Shown here piece after piece: positions 35,463 to 43,699 of a stretch of DNA of 64,000 bases. Positions within the stretch are counted from its first letter, which is position 1; each line of letters opens with the position of its first letter. The stretch covers positions 11,214 through 75,213 of the forward strand of contig JALHFZ010000002.1 in the NCBI GenBank assembly GCA_022837505.1, in the 5' to 3' direction. The notes beneath the pieces are model-generated. The model was given only the letters and a program-made list of their open reading frames with translations. It was not told the DNA's origin and searched no databases. The translations under genes were made by a program, and so were the position numbers. The stretch comes from Synergistaceae bacterium. GTDB taxonomy: Bacteria; Synergistota; Synergistia; Synergistales; Aminobacteriaceae.

Positions 35463-36021
35463 GGCTCTTCCCTCCTTTCAGGGAAGGCAGATCGGGAAGG
35501 GAAAGTTCAGGAAGGGAAAAGTCCCTGGGAAAAACCTTCCAGTTCTCGAGAAGTGCCTGAATGTCGGGCCAGAGAGCATCGGCCTGGCTCATCAGAAGGC
35601 TTTCGCCCATCCATTCCGTGGGGAGGAAGGGGGAGTAGGTCGTGATGCCCACGTAGAGAAAGAGGATGAGAAAAACGGCCTTGAGAAGGCCGGAGAGGAC
35701 GCCGAGGACCCTGTCCACCATGGTAAGGGAGGCAAACTTGATGAAGGCCTTGACTCCCCGGCAGGCCATATTCGCCAGGATGACCGTAAGGATATAGATA
35801 AGGACCATGGATATGACCTTGAGAAGGGCCTCGCTGGGACCGTCCCACAGGGATGCCATCCACCGGGCGGGGAAAGGGGCGTAGTTCCATGCCAATATGA
35901 CCCCTCCCACCATTCCGAGGAGGGAGAAAAACTCCCCCGAAAGTCCGCGAAAGGCCCCCCGGACGGCCAGAGTTGCGGCCACAAGGGCAAGGGTGATGTC
36001 AAAGACGGAGGCAAAGGTCAT
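35452..36021 (-). CDS. cvpA: CvpA-family membrane protein
   Basis: Four TM helices, ...AVRGAFRGLSGEFFSLLGMVGG.... The zapA-cvpA-mutS2 order matches that in Firmicutes. Confidence 0.85.
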   Translation of the reverse strand: MTFASVFDITLALVAATLAVRGAFRGLSGEFFSLLGMVGGVILAWNYAPFPARWMASLWDGPSEALLKVISMVLIYILTVILANMACRGVKAFIKFASLTMVDRVLGVLSGLLKAVFLILFLYVGITTYSPFLPTEWMGESLLMSQADALWPDIQALLENWKVFPRDFSLPELSLPDLPSLKGGKSPGI

Positions 36022-36269
36022 GGAATATACTTCTGTCCTCCGCTTTCAAGGGCTTCGCTGATTTTCACTCCGGTGGACTGGAGGAGCCATGCCAGCTGAA
36101 GACAGGATATGAGCAGAAGGTCCTCCTGGTCATGGGATTTCTCCAGTCCCTCCGTCAGTTCGCTGAAAAGGGAGCGTATGCCCTTGAGGCTTTCGTCATC
36201 AAGGGCAGTCTTGACAAAGTAATTTTTCTTTCCTATGCGGATGGTCACCTCGCGGGAAAGAGTTTTCAC
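36018..36269 (-). CDS. zapA: Cell division protein ZapA
   Basis: 83 aa, VTIRIGKKNYFVKTALDDESL... plus a C-terminal coiled coil. It has a 4-nt overlap with cvpA. Confidence 0.8.
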   Translation of the reverse strand: MKTLSREVTIRIGKKNYFVKTALDDESLKGIRSLFSELTEGLEKSHDQEDLLLISCLQLAWLLQSTGVKISEALESGGQKYIP

Positions 36270-36271
36270 CC

Positions 36272-36598
36272 TCAGGGTCTCCTTTCACCTCTGCCGTCCT
36301 GGACGGGAGTCTGCCCCTTTCTGTCCTCGGGCAAAAGGCCGCTCAGTTTCTGGTAGAGAGACTTCATCTGGCCGTCCATGAGGGATTTTTCCTTCTGAAA
36401 GGCCATCTTTTCCCTTTCGAGGATCTCAAAGTTCCGCTGGTTTTCCTTCATTACCCGGATGTTTTCAATTTCCTTTTCGCCTATCTGGTTTTTAAGCTCG
36501 TTGACCTGAATGCGGAGCTGATCTCTCTCGCTTCGAAGACCCGTCACCATCTCCACCAGTCTGTCTGTAAGCTGCTCAAGATTTTCAAGGGTTCCCAT
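36272..36598 (-). CDS. Coiled-coil protein (ZapB-like), function unconfirmed
   Basis: 108 aa with heptad-rich sequence LENLEQLTDRLVEMVTGLRSERDQLRIQVNELKNQ... It lies immediately upstream of zapA. Confidence 0.45.
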   Translation of the reverse strand: MGTLENLEQLTDRLVEMVTGLRSERDQLRIQVNELKNQIGEKEIENIRVMKENQRNFEILEREKMAFQKEKSLMDGQMKSLYQKLSGLLPEDRKGQTPVQDGRGERRP

Positions 36599-36610
36599 GG
36601 AAAAGCCTCC

Positions 36611-39013
36611 TTATCGTAGTATATAGCCGAAGGACGTCAGAGTGTTTCGGATCGTGCTGTGAATTTCCTCTACCGCCTCGTCTTTGAGGGTCTGGTCTTT
36701 TTTCTGGTAGGAAAGGGAGAAGGCCAGGCTCCGGAAGCCCTCGGGTACCCCCTTGCCGCTGTAGATGTCGAAGAGCCGGACGTCCTGAAGGAGGTCCCCC
36801 CCGGAGGAGCGTATGCGGGATATGACCTCGTCCACGGAGCTGTCGGCGGGGACGAAAAGGGAGATGTCCCGGAGGACGGGAGGATAGGGGGTCAGCTCCC
36901 GGAAGTTCGGAAGAACGGGATTTTCAAGGATCCCGAGATCGAACTCGAAGGCGTAGAGGGGTGCGCAGTCCAGTTCCTTCTCCACGGCCGGCTTCAGCCG
37001 GAGGAGATACCCTCCGTCCCTTCCGGCGGACAGTATTCGGGCCGTCTGCCCCTCGTGGCCGAAGGGTTCATGCCCCCGGAGGAAATCAAGGCAGATCCCC
37101 CGGCTCTCCCCCAGGGTCAGAACATCCCCCTTGAGGGAGAAAAAGTCCTCCTCTTCGGAGTGCCCCCAGGGAAGGCGCCCGTCCCTGCCGCCGTAGACCA
37201 CGCCTGCGACCTTTTCGACCTCCTCGTGCCCCCCTTCCGGAAGGGGAAGGAAGACCCGGCCGAGTTCAAATACCCGGATTCCCGTACGCCACCCCGCAAG
37301 GACGCTTCGCTCCACTCCCCGGAGAAGGCCGGGAAGGAGGGTGGTGCGCATCTTTGACTGCTCGGCGCTCAGGGGGTTCGCCAGGGAGAGGGGCCGGGCG
37401 CGCCGGTCCTCCTCCGGCAGGCGGAGGAGGGAGATGAAGGAGGGGGAGAGGAAGCTGTAGTTCAGCAGCTCCACATACCCCCGGGAAAGGAGTATCTTCC
37501 GGAGGTCTCCCTTCAGACGGGTGACGGGGCCGATGTCTCCCCGGCCGTAGAGGACCCGGGGAAGGCGGGGGGCAAGGGTTTCGTTGTACCCCCGGATCCT
37601 CCCTACCTCTTCAAGGAGATCCTCCTCGATGGATATGTCCGGCCTCCAGGAGGGGACGGAGAAGATCCGCCCCTCAGGGGAAGAGGATTTTTCGATGATC
37701 CCGAGGCGGTTCAAAATTGCAGAGGCCTCGTCCAGATCGTCCGTGAGGAGGACTTTTCCGAGCTTTTCCCGGGTCAGGGGAACGGTGCGGCGGTCATCAT
37801 CAGGGCAGTCCGTTCTGTCGAGGATGGCGAAGCCGGCCGTTCCCGCAGACCATTCCTCAAGGAGGGAGAAGATGTATTTCAAAGCGACAGGGGCCATCTT
37901 CCGGTCCACCGTCCGGGCATACCGGAAGGCCGCCTCGGAGGGGATGCCGAGCCTCCGGGAGGTCCGGCTTACGGAGAGGCTGTCAAAGGATGCGGATTCT
38001 ATGAAGACGGTCTTCGTCTCAGGAAGAATTTCGCTGTTCTCCCCTCCCATGACGCCGGCGATCCCCACGGGGACATCTCCGCTCGTGATGAGCATGTCCC
38101 CCTCGGCCATGATGTGGCTTTTTCCGTCGAGGGTGGTGAACTTCTCCCCGGGCCTTGAAGGCCTCACGGTGATCTCCGGCGCGGGGAGGCGGAGGGCGTC
38201 AAAGGCATGGGTGGGCTGGCCGAGGGTGAGCATGGCCAGATTGGTGGCGTCCACCATGGGGGAGATGGGACGCATTCCGAGAAGGGACAGGGCGATGCGG
38301 ACCCGGAGGGGTGAGGATCCGCCTTTAAGGTCGGTGACAAACCCCAGGCAGTACCGGGAGCAGCCGGGGGTCTTCAGAGTGATCCCCTGGAAGGGGACGG
38401 GCCAGTCCTTTGCGCCGCTTTCAGGGAGATCGGCGGGGTTCTTTTTCCATTCCGATCCGGGGAAGAGGGCATAGACTTCCCTGGCCACCCCGAGAAGGCT
38501 GAGCAGGTCACCCCGGTTGGGAGTTACGGAAAGATCGAGGACCACATCGTCGAGGCCGAGCCAGGAAGGGGCGTCCTCTCCGAGGGGGGCATCCTCCGGA
38601 AGGCGCAGAATACCGAACTCGTCCGCCGCCTGGGGAACACCCAGTTCCTCCGCGGAGAGGAGCATCCCCTCGCTGTGGACAGAGCCGAAGTCCTTCGCTC
38701 CGAGGACCGTACCGTCCGCCAGGACGGCACCGGGGCGCCCCCAGGGGACGTAATCGCCCGCAGAGAGGTTGGGGGCGGCGGTGACGACCAGGGCCGTCCC
38801 TCTGCCGTCATCCATTTCGGCCACCCAGAGGGTTTCTTTTTCAGGGTGGGGACGGAGGGAGTTCACCCGGGCGATGCGGATTCCCCTGAGCTTTTCGCCG
38901 GGTCGTGTCAGAGATTCCACTTCGCAGCCGGTGAGGGTGAGCCGCTCCGCCACCTCCTCCACCGAGGCGGGGATGGAGAGAATATCCTTCAGAAGATTCC
39001 AGGTGATCAGCAT
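36611..39013 (-). CDS. pheT: Phenylalanine--tRNA ligase beta subunit
   Basis: 800 aa with N-terminal tRNA-binding OB domain, B3/B4, B5 and FDX-ACB domains. It overlaps pheS by 7 nt. Confidence 0.97.
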   Translation of the reverse strand: MLITWNLLKDILSIPASVEEVAERLTLTGCEVESLTRPGEKLRGIRIARVNSLRPHPEKETLWVAEMDDGRGTALVVTAAPNLSAGDYVPWGRPGAVLADGTVLGAKDFGSVHSEGMLLSAEELGVPQAADEFGILRLPEDAPLGEDAPSWLGLDDVVLDLSVTPNRGDLLSLLGVAREVYALFPGSEWKKNPADLPESGAKDWPVPFQGITLKTPGCSRYCLGFVTDLKGGSSPLRVRIALSLLGMRPISPMVDATNLAMLTLGQPTHAFDALRLPAPEITVRPSRPGEKFTTLDGKSHIMAEGDMLITSGDVPVGIAGVMGGENSEILPETKTVFIESASFDSLSVSRTSRRLGIPSEAAFRYARTVDRKMAPVALKYIFSLLEEWSAGTAGFAILDRTDCPDDDRRTVPLTREKLGKVLLTDDLDEASAILNRLGIIEKSSSPEGRIFSVPSWRPDISIEEDLLEEVGRIRGYNETLAPRLPRVLYGRGDIGPVTRLKGDLRKILLSRGYVELLNYSFLSPSFISLLRLPEEDRRARPLSLANPLSAEQSKMRTTLLPGLLRGVERSVLAGWRTGIRVFELGRVFLPLPEGGHEEVEKVAGVVYGGRDGRLPWGHSEEEDFFSLKGDVLTLGESRGICLDFLRGHEPFGHEGQTARILSAGRDGGYLLRLKPAVEKELDCAPLYAFEFDLGILENPVLPNFRELTPYPPVLRDISLFVPADSSVDEVISRIRSSGGDLLQDVRLFDIYSGKGVPEGFRSLAFSLSYQKKDQTLKDEAVEEIHSTIRNTLTSFGYILR

Positions 39014-40053
39014 GAGAAGGTCCTCCCGGAGAGAAGATAGGGAACGTTGCCGTCGAAAAGCACCCTCAGGTCCGTCAGGCCGTATTTGAGCATGGCGAGG
39101 CGGTCGAGGCCGATCCCCCAGGCGAAGCCGTTGAAGACCTCGGGGTCGATGCCGCCGCTGCGCAGGACATTGGGGTGAACCATGCCCAGGCCGGCCACCT
39201 CAAGCCACCCCGTCCCCTTGCATATTCTGCAGGAGGGGTTTTTCCCAGAACACTCCACGCACTCGATGTCCAGTTCGAGGGAGGGCTCGGTGAAGGGGAA
39301 GTAGCTCCCCCGGTATCTCGCCTTGAGGGGGCGGGCGAAGATCCCCTCCATGAGCACTTCGAGGCACCCCTTCATGTCCGCCACGGAGATGTCCTTTTCC
39401 ACGAGAAGCCCCTCGAGCTGGTTGAACATGGGGGAATGGGTGGGGTCGCTGTCCTTGCGGTAGACCTTTCCGGGACAGGCAATCCGCAGAGGAGCGCCGT
39501 GGGCGAGCATGGACCGGACCTGCACCGGCGAGGTATGGGTCCGAAGGAGATGTCCGTCGGGGAAATAGAAGGTGTCCTGCATATCCCTGGCAGGATGGGA
39601 GGCGGGGATATTCAGGGCCTCGAAGTTGTGGAAGTCGTCCTCGATCTCAGGGCCGAGGGCCACGGAGAATCCGAGCCCGGCGAGGATCTCCACCACATCG
39701 TGCATGAGCTGGGCCACGGGGTGAATGCCCCCCCATGTTCTGCCCCTGGCCGGGAGGGTCACATCAAGGCCGCTTCTCCGCTCGACCTCCGAGGACTGGC
39801 GTTCCTCGAGAAATACCCTTCTGTCGGCGAGGCGGGATTCGAAGTCATCCCTCAGGGAGTTTACCGCCTCCCCTGCCCGGGGGCGTTCCTCCGGCGGGAG
39901 GGATCCGAGGTTTTTCAGCCAGGAAGTGAGTTTTCCTTTTTTTCCCAAAAAGAGGACTTTCACCTGCTGGAGGGCTTCGGGCGTTTCGGTTCCGGAGAGG
40001 GCGTCGTTGAACTCAGCCCTCATCCCTTCAAGGTCATCGAAAATTTCTGTCAC
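39007..40053 (-). CDS. pheS: Phenylalanine--tRNA ligase alpha subunit
   Basis: Class II motifs HPARDMQDTFY, FRRD-like CPGKVYRKD, and GFAWGIGLDRLAML. Confidence 0.97.
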   Translation of the reverse strand: MTEIFDDLEGMRAEFNDALSGTETPEALQQVKVLFLGKKGKLTSWLKNLGSLPPEERPRAGEAVNSLRDDFESRLADRRVFLEERQSSEVERRSGLDVTLPARGRTWGGIHPVAQLMHDVVEILAGLGFSVALGPEIEDDFHNFEALNIPASHPARDMQDTFYFPDGHLLRTHTSPVQVRSMLAHGAPLRIACPGKVYRKDSDPTHSPMFNQLEGLLVEKDISVADMKGCLEVLMEGIFARPLKARYRGSYFPFTEPSLELDIECVECSGKNPSCRICKGTGWLEVAGLGMVHPNVLRSGGIDPEVFNGFAWGIGLDRLAMLKYGLTDLRVLFDGNVPYLLSGRTFSC

Positions 40054-40730
40054 TTGCCGTTTTCCTCCTCATCTTTCTTTTCCATAAGCTTTTTGATATT
40101 CTCCTCCGATCCGGCCAGGAGGATCTTATCCCCTTCCTCCATGACCGTATCGTACCGGGGAAGGAACCGTTTGCCCTTCCGGTCGAAGAGAAGAACCACT
40201 CCATTATACGTCTTTTGAAAATCAGCTTCCATGAGGGTCTTTCCCACCATGCTCGGCAGGACGGCCACTTCCCCCACGAGGAAATCCCGCCCTGACATGG
40301 AGGTGAAGTCGGCGGTCCAGGGGTTCACGATGGACTCCGCCAGCCGCCTCCCCATGTCCCGTTCGGGGAAGATGACCTTGTCGACCCCCACCCGGGCCAG
40401 GACCCGGGCGTGAAGATTGGTCTGGGCCCGTGCAATGACGGTCTTTATTCCCATTCCCCTCAGAATTGCCGCAGAGAGAATGCTCGACTCGATGTCCTCG
40501 CCGATGGCGACGACGGCCACATCGGCCTCCTTCGCCCCTATCCGGTTGAGGAGCTCCTCTTCCGTGGCGTTGAGCTGGGCTGAGAAGTCCACCAGGGAGG
40601 CCACCGTTTCGACCCTGTCCTTCCGGCTGTCCACGGCCATGACGTACTGGCCGAGCTCCGAGAGCTTTTCGCAGAGGGAGAAGCCGAACCGTCCGAGGCC
40701 GACCACGAGGATTGTCTGTTTTTCTTCCAT
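40050..40730 (-). CDS. trkA: Trk/Ktr potassium uptake NAD-binding subunit
   Basis: Rossmann motif ILVVGLGRFG plus a C-terminal RCK_C domain. Confidence 0.9.
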   Translation of the reverse strand: MEEKQTILVVGLGRFGFSLCEKLSELGQYVMAVDSRKDRVETVASLVDFSAQLNATEEELLNRIGAKEADVAVVAIGEDIESSILSAAILRGMGIKTVIARAQTNLHARVLARVGVDKVIFPERDMGRRLAESIVNPWTADFTSMSGRDFLVGEVAVLPSMVGKTLMEADFQKTYNGVVLLFDRKGKRFLPRYDTVMEEGDKILLAGSEENIKKLMEKKDEEENGK

Positions 40731-40743
40731 GCCCTTCCCTTTC

Positions 40744-42063
40744 TTATCCTACGGGGATATTGGTCTCGGCGTAGGATATTTTTGAAATCGTCCGATCCCG
40801 GGAGACCATGCCGAATATGAATGTAAGGATACCAACCCTTCCCCAGAACATCAACAGGATGATCACGATTTTTCCCGGAGGGGAAAGGGAGGGGGTGATT
40901 CCGAGGGAGAGCCCCACCGTCCCCATGGCGGATATGGCCTCAAAGAGAAGGGTTCTGAAGGGGAGTTCCTCGAAGAGGGAGAGGAGGATGACCCCCGTCA
41001 GTACGGTCAGCAGATACAGAAAGGAAATGGCAAGGGCCCGGCGGATGTTCTCGTCCGCTATGGTCCGGTTGCGGTAGACCGCCCTTCTCCCCTGAATTTC
41101 CGAGAGGGAGGAGAAGAACAGGACCCCCGCGGTGGTGGTTTTGATCCCTCCGCCGGTGGAGCCGGGAGAGGCCCCGATGATCATGAGAAGGGAGAGAAGG
41201 AAGATGCCGAGGGATGAGGTGGCCCGGAGGGGGATCGTATTGAAGCCCGCTGTCCTGGCGGTGACGCTCTGAAAGAGGGCGTTCCACACTTTGAGGGGGA
41301 GAGAGAGGGGGGAAAGCCCGGCGGTTCTGTCGGAGAGGAAGAATAGGACCGTGCCGGCGAGGATGAGTATGGACGAGACCTGGAGGACGAGAACGGCATG
41401 GGGGGAGAGGCGGGTTCTCTCCGTAAGATGAAGCCAGAGCTCGCCGATGACGAGAAATCCCAGGCCGCCGGTGACAATGAGGATCATGACGGTTCCCGGA
41501 AGAATATACTGATTTGCAAACCCCTCAAGCCCGCCGGGAAGGGTTGAAAAACCGGCGTTGCAGAAGGCGCTGACGGAATGAAAGATCCCGTGGAAGAGGG
41601 CTTCGGAGGCCCCCATGGATCGGCTCAAAACGAAAACAAGGGGGATCACCGCCGCAGCCTCGATGATCAGGGTGATGAAGAGAATGCGGAAGATCAGCTT
41701 CACTGCTCCGGAGGGGGTGTCGATGCCGAGGCCGCCGGTGAAGAGGATCCGCTCCCGGATTTTGATCCTGTGGCCGAGGAGAACCATGGTCGTCGTCGCC
41801 GCGGTCATCACCCCGAGGCCGCCGAGCTGGATGAGGAGCATAACCACCCACTGGGAGGCAAGGGTCAGGTCTTTTCCCGTATCCACGACGATGAGTCCCG
41901 TAACGCAGACGGCCGAGGTGCTGGTGAAGAGGGCGTCAAGAAAGTTCAGTGGGACGGGGGAACGGGAGTTGAAAGCCCATAGAAGCAGGGTTCCCGCCGC
42001 GATGAGCAACAGGAACCCCAGTATGATCGTTTTTTCTATTTTGAGAGAACTGTAGGTCTTCAA
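40744..42063 (-). CDS. trkH: TrkH/KtrB-family potassium transporter
   Basis: Polytopic, with repeated pore-loop segments (CVTGLIV, NAGFS, RTAGFN, STGGGIKT). Confidence 0.9.
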   Translation of the reverse strand: MKTYSSLKIEKTIILGFLLLIAAGTLLLWAFNSRSPVPLNFLDALFTSTSAVCVTGLIVVDTGKDLTLASQWVVMLLIQLGGLGVMTAATTTMVLLGHRIKIRERILFTGGLGIDTPSGAVKLIFRILFITLIIEAAAVIPLVFVLSRSMGASEALFHGIFHSVSAFCNAGFSTLPGGLEGFANQYILPGTVMILIVTGGLGFLVIGELWLHLTERTRLSPHAVLVLQVSSILILAGTVLFFLSDRTAGLSPLSLPLKVWNALFQSVTARTAGFNTIPLRATSSLGIFLLSLLMIIGASPGSTGGGIKTTTAGVLFFSSLSEIQGRRAVYRNRTIADENIRRALAISFLYLLTVLTGVILLSLFEELPFRTLLFEAISAMGTVGLSLGITPSLSPPGKIVIILLMFWGRVGILTFIFGMVSRDRTISKISYAETNIPVG

Positions 42064-42083
42064 CGGAAGGGCAGGTACTGCAG

Positions 42084-42443
42084 CTACCTGCCGAGAGCGT
42101 TCCTGGCCTGATCGGTGAGCTGGACGAAGGCCGGCATGTCGTGAATGGCGAGCTCGGAGAGCATCTTGCGGTTGATTCCAATGCCCGCTTTCTTGAGGCC
42201 GTTCATCAGTACGCTGTAGGAGAGACCCTGGGCCCGGGAGGCTGCGTTGATACGGGTGATCCAGAGACGGCGGAAATCCCTCTTCTTCCGCTTCCGGTCG
42301 GTATAGGCCCTGGAGAGGGAGTGGAGATAGGCCTCTTTAGCCCTCCGGTAGACGTTTTTCTTTCTTCCCCAGTACCCTTTGGTTATGGCAAAAAGTTTTT
42401 TTCTTTTTTTATCGCTAGCGCTACCACCTTTGACGCGGGGCAT
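42084..42443 (-). CDS. rplT: 50S ribosomal protein L20
   Basis: MPRVKGGSASDKKRKKLFAITKGYWGRKKNVYRRAKE... Confidence 0.97.
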   Translation of the reverse strand: MPRVKGGSASDKKRKKLFAITKGYWGRKKNVYRRAKEAYLHSLSRAYTDRKRKKRDFRRLWITRINAASRAQGLSYSVLMNGLKKAGIGINRKMLSELAIHDMPAFVQLTDQARNALGR

Positions 42444-42478
42444 CGCAAGTCACCTCTTTCGTTTAATTGACTGCTTCC

Positions 42479-42676
42479 TCAGCTGTAGGGAAGAAGCTTC
42501 TTCATGTTGTCCATCTGCGTTTCGTCCACGTACCCCGACTTGCGGAGTCTCTTGAGCCGGGTAGGGCTCTTGTGGGTGAGAAGGTGTCCTCTGCCCGCTC
42601 TGCGATAGGAAAGCTTTCCCGTTCCCGTGTAGGTGAACCGTTTCTTTGCCCCTGAATGGGATTTGATCTTCGGCAT
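42479..42676 (-). CDS. rpmI: 50S ribosomal protein L35
   Basis: The internal ATG at 42676 gives MPKIKSHSGAKKRFTYTGTGKLSYRRAGRGHLL... (65 aa). The track's 53-aa N-terminal extension is rejected. Confidence 0.95.
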   Translation of the reverse strand: MPKIKSHSGAKKRFTYTGTGKLSYRRAGRGHLLTHKSPTRLKRLRKSGYVDETQMDNMKKLLPYS

Positions 42677-42773
42677 AATTGTCTGTTCCTCCTTCCCCGG
42701 ATAGCGTCTCATAATAAAGCCCGCCGCTGGCGGCAGGCATTCAAGCCTTAATGGAAACTTTGTGCTGCCTCTT

Positions 42774-43436
42774 CTACTCCGTACCCTCGGCGGGCTGGAC
42801 TGCCGCTCCTTCAGGCACCTTTGGTTTTTGTTCATTCTTAGGCGCTGCTGGCTTTTTCTCTCCGTTGGCCTGAGCAGGCTTCGCCGGCTTCTGGGAGATT
42901 TTGCCCTGTCCGGGGGGAAGGGGGGTCAGCATGATCCTCATGTAGCGCCCCTCCATCCGGGGTCTGCCCTCGCTTTTTCCGAGGCCTTCCGTATCCCGGA
43001 TGACCCGGGCGAGGACCTCTTCGCCCTTTCCGAGAAAGGACATCTCCCGGCCTCTGAAAAAGACCGAGACTTTCACACGGTGACCCGCGTCGAGAAAGTT
43101 CTTGATGGCCTTGACCTTGAAATTATAGTCATGCTCGTCGATCTTGGGACGCATTTTCATCTCTTTCAGGGTCTGAACCTTCTGCTTTTTCCGGGCGTCC
43201 TTTTCCTTTTTCTGCAGCTCGTAGCGGTACTTCCCGTAATCGAGAATTCTGCACACCGGCGGCTTGGCGAGAGGGGCAACTTCCACAAGGTCAAGCTGCC
43301 GGTCTTCGGCGAGGCGCACCCCCTCGATGGTCGGCATGACGCCGAGCTTGACTCCGTTTTCATCGATGACGAGAACTTCCCTCGCGCTGATTTCCCGGTT
43401 GACTCTCGGATCTCCGTCTTCTTTTCTTGCTACTAT
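42774..43436 (-). CDS. infC: Translation initiation factor IF-3 (non-canonical AUA start)
   Basis: The track ORF starts mid-domain (MPTIEG...). The frame is open upstream as ...RVNREISAREVLVIDENGVKLGV..., the conserved IF3 N-domain. The only start behind the SD GGAGGTG is ATA at 43436. Confidence 0.92.
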   Translation of the reverse strand: MVARKEDGDPRVNREISAREVLVIDENGVKLGVMPTIEGVRLAEDRQLDLVEVAPLAKPPVCRILDYGKYRYELQKKEKDARKKQKVQTLKEMKMRPKIDEHDYNFKVKAIKNFLDAGHRVKVSVFFRGREMSFLGKGEEVLARVIRDTEGLGKSEGRPRMEGRYMRIMLTPLPPGQGKISQKPAKPAQANGEKKPAAPKNEQKPKVPEGAAVQPAEGTE

Positions 43437-43439
43437 AGC

Positions 43440-43581
43440 TTTTCACCTCCAGGTAAAATATGAAAAAAAGGGGCCGGTGAATGAAGCCACCAGCCCCTCC
43501 AAAATGCTTCAGAGTGTCTCGGAAACCGCGTGACAGGGTACGTCACTGGGTGAGAGGGTGGCCCCTCTGCTTCGCCGAGAA
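43440..43581 (-). promoter_or_regulatory. Putative L20-responsive ribosomal-protein leader of the infC-rpmI-rplT operon
   Basis: A roughly 140-nt structured leader lies between the promoter and infC and ends in an intrinsic terminator. This is the same architecture as the Firmicutes L20 leader. Identity is not verified by a covariance model. Confidence 0.45.
43463..43498 (-). terminator. Leader terminator (attenuator) just upstream of infC
   Basis: Minus strand GGGGCTGGTG-GCTTCATT-CACCGGCCCC followed by TTTTTTT, ending about 25 nt before the infC start. Confidence 0.65.
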
Positions 43582-43610
43582 AATATACCACACCGGGGTT
43601 AAAAATGCAA
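43582..43610 (-). promoter_or_regulatory. Sigma-70-like promoter for infC operon
   Basis: Minus strand TTGCAT (43610-43605), 17-nt spacer, TATATT (43587-43582). Confidence 0.55.
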
Positions 43611-43699
43611 ATTTTCTTTTCACCCCCACAGGCAGGGCGGGAAGGGTGACCTGGCGCAGCGGGGCGGCTCTTCCCGGCTCAATCTTGCAGATTAAGGGG

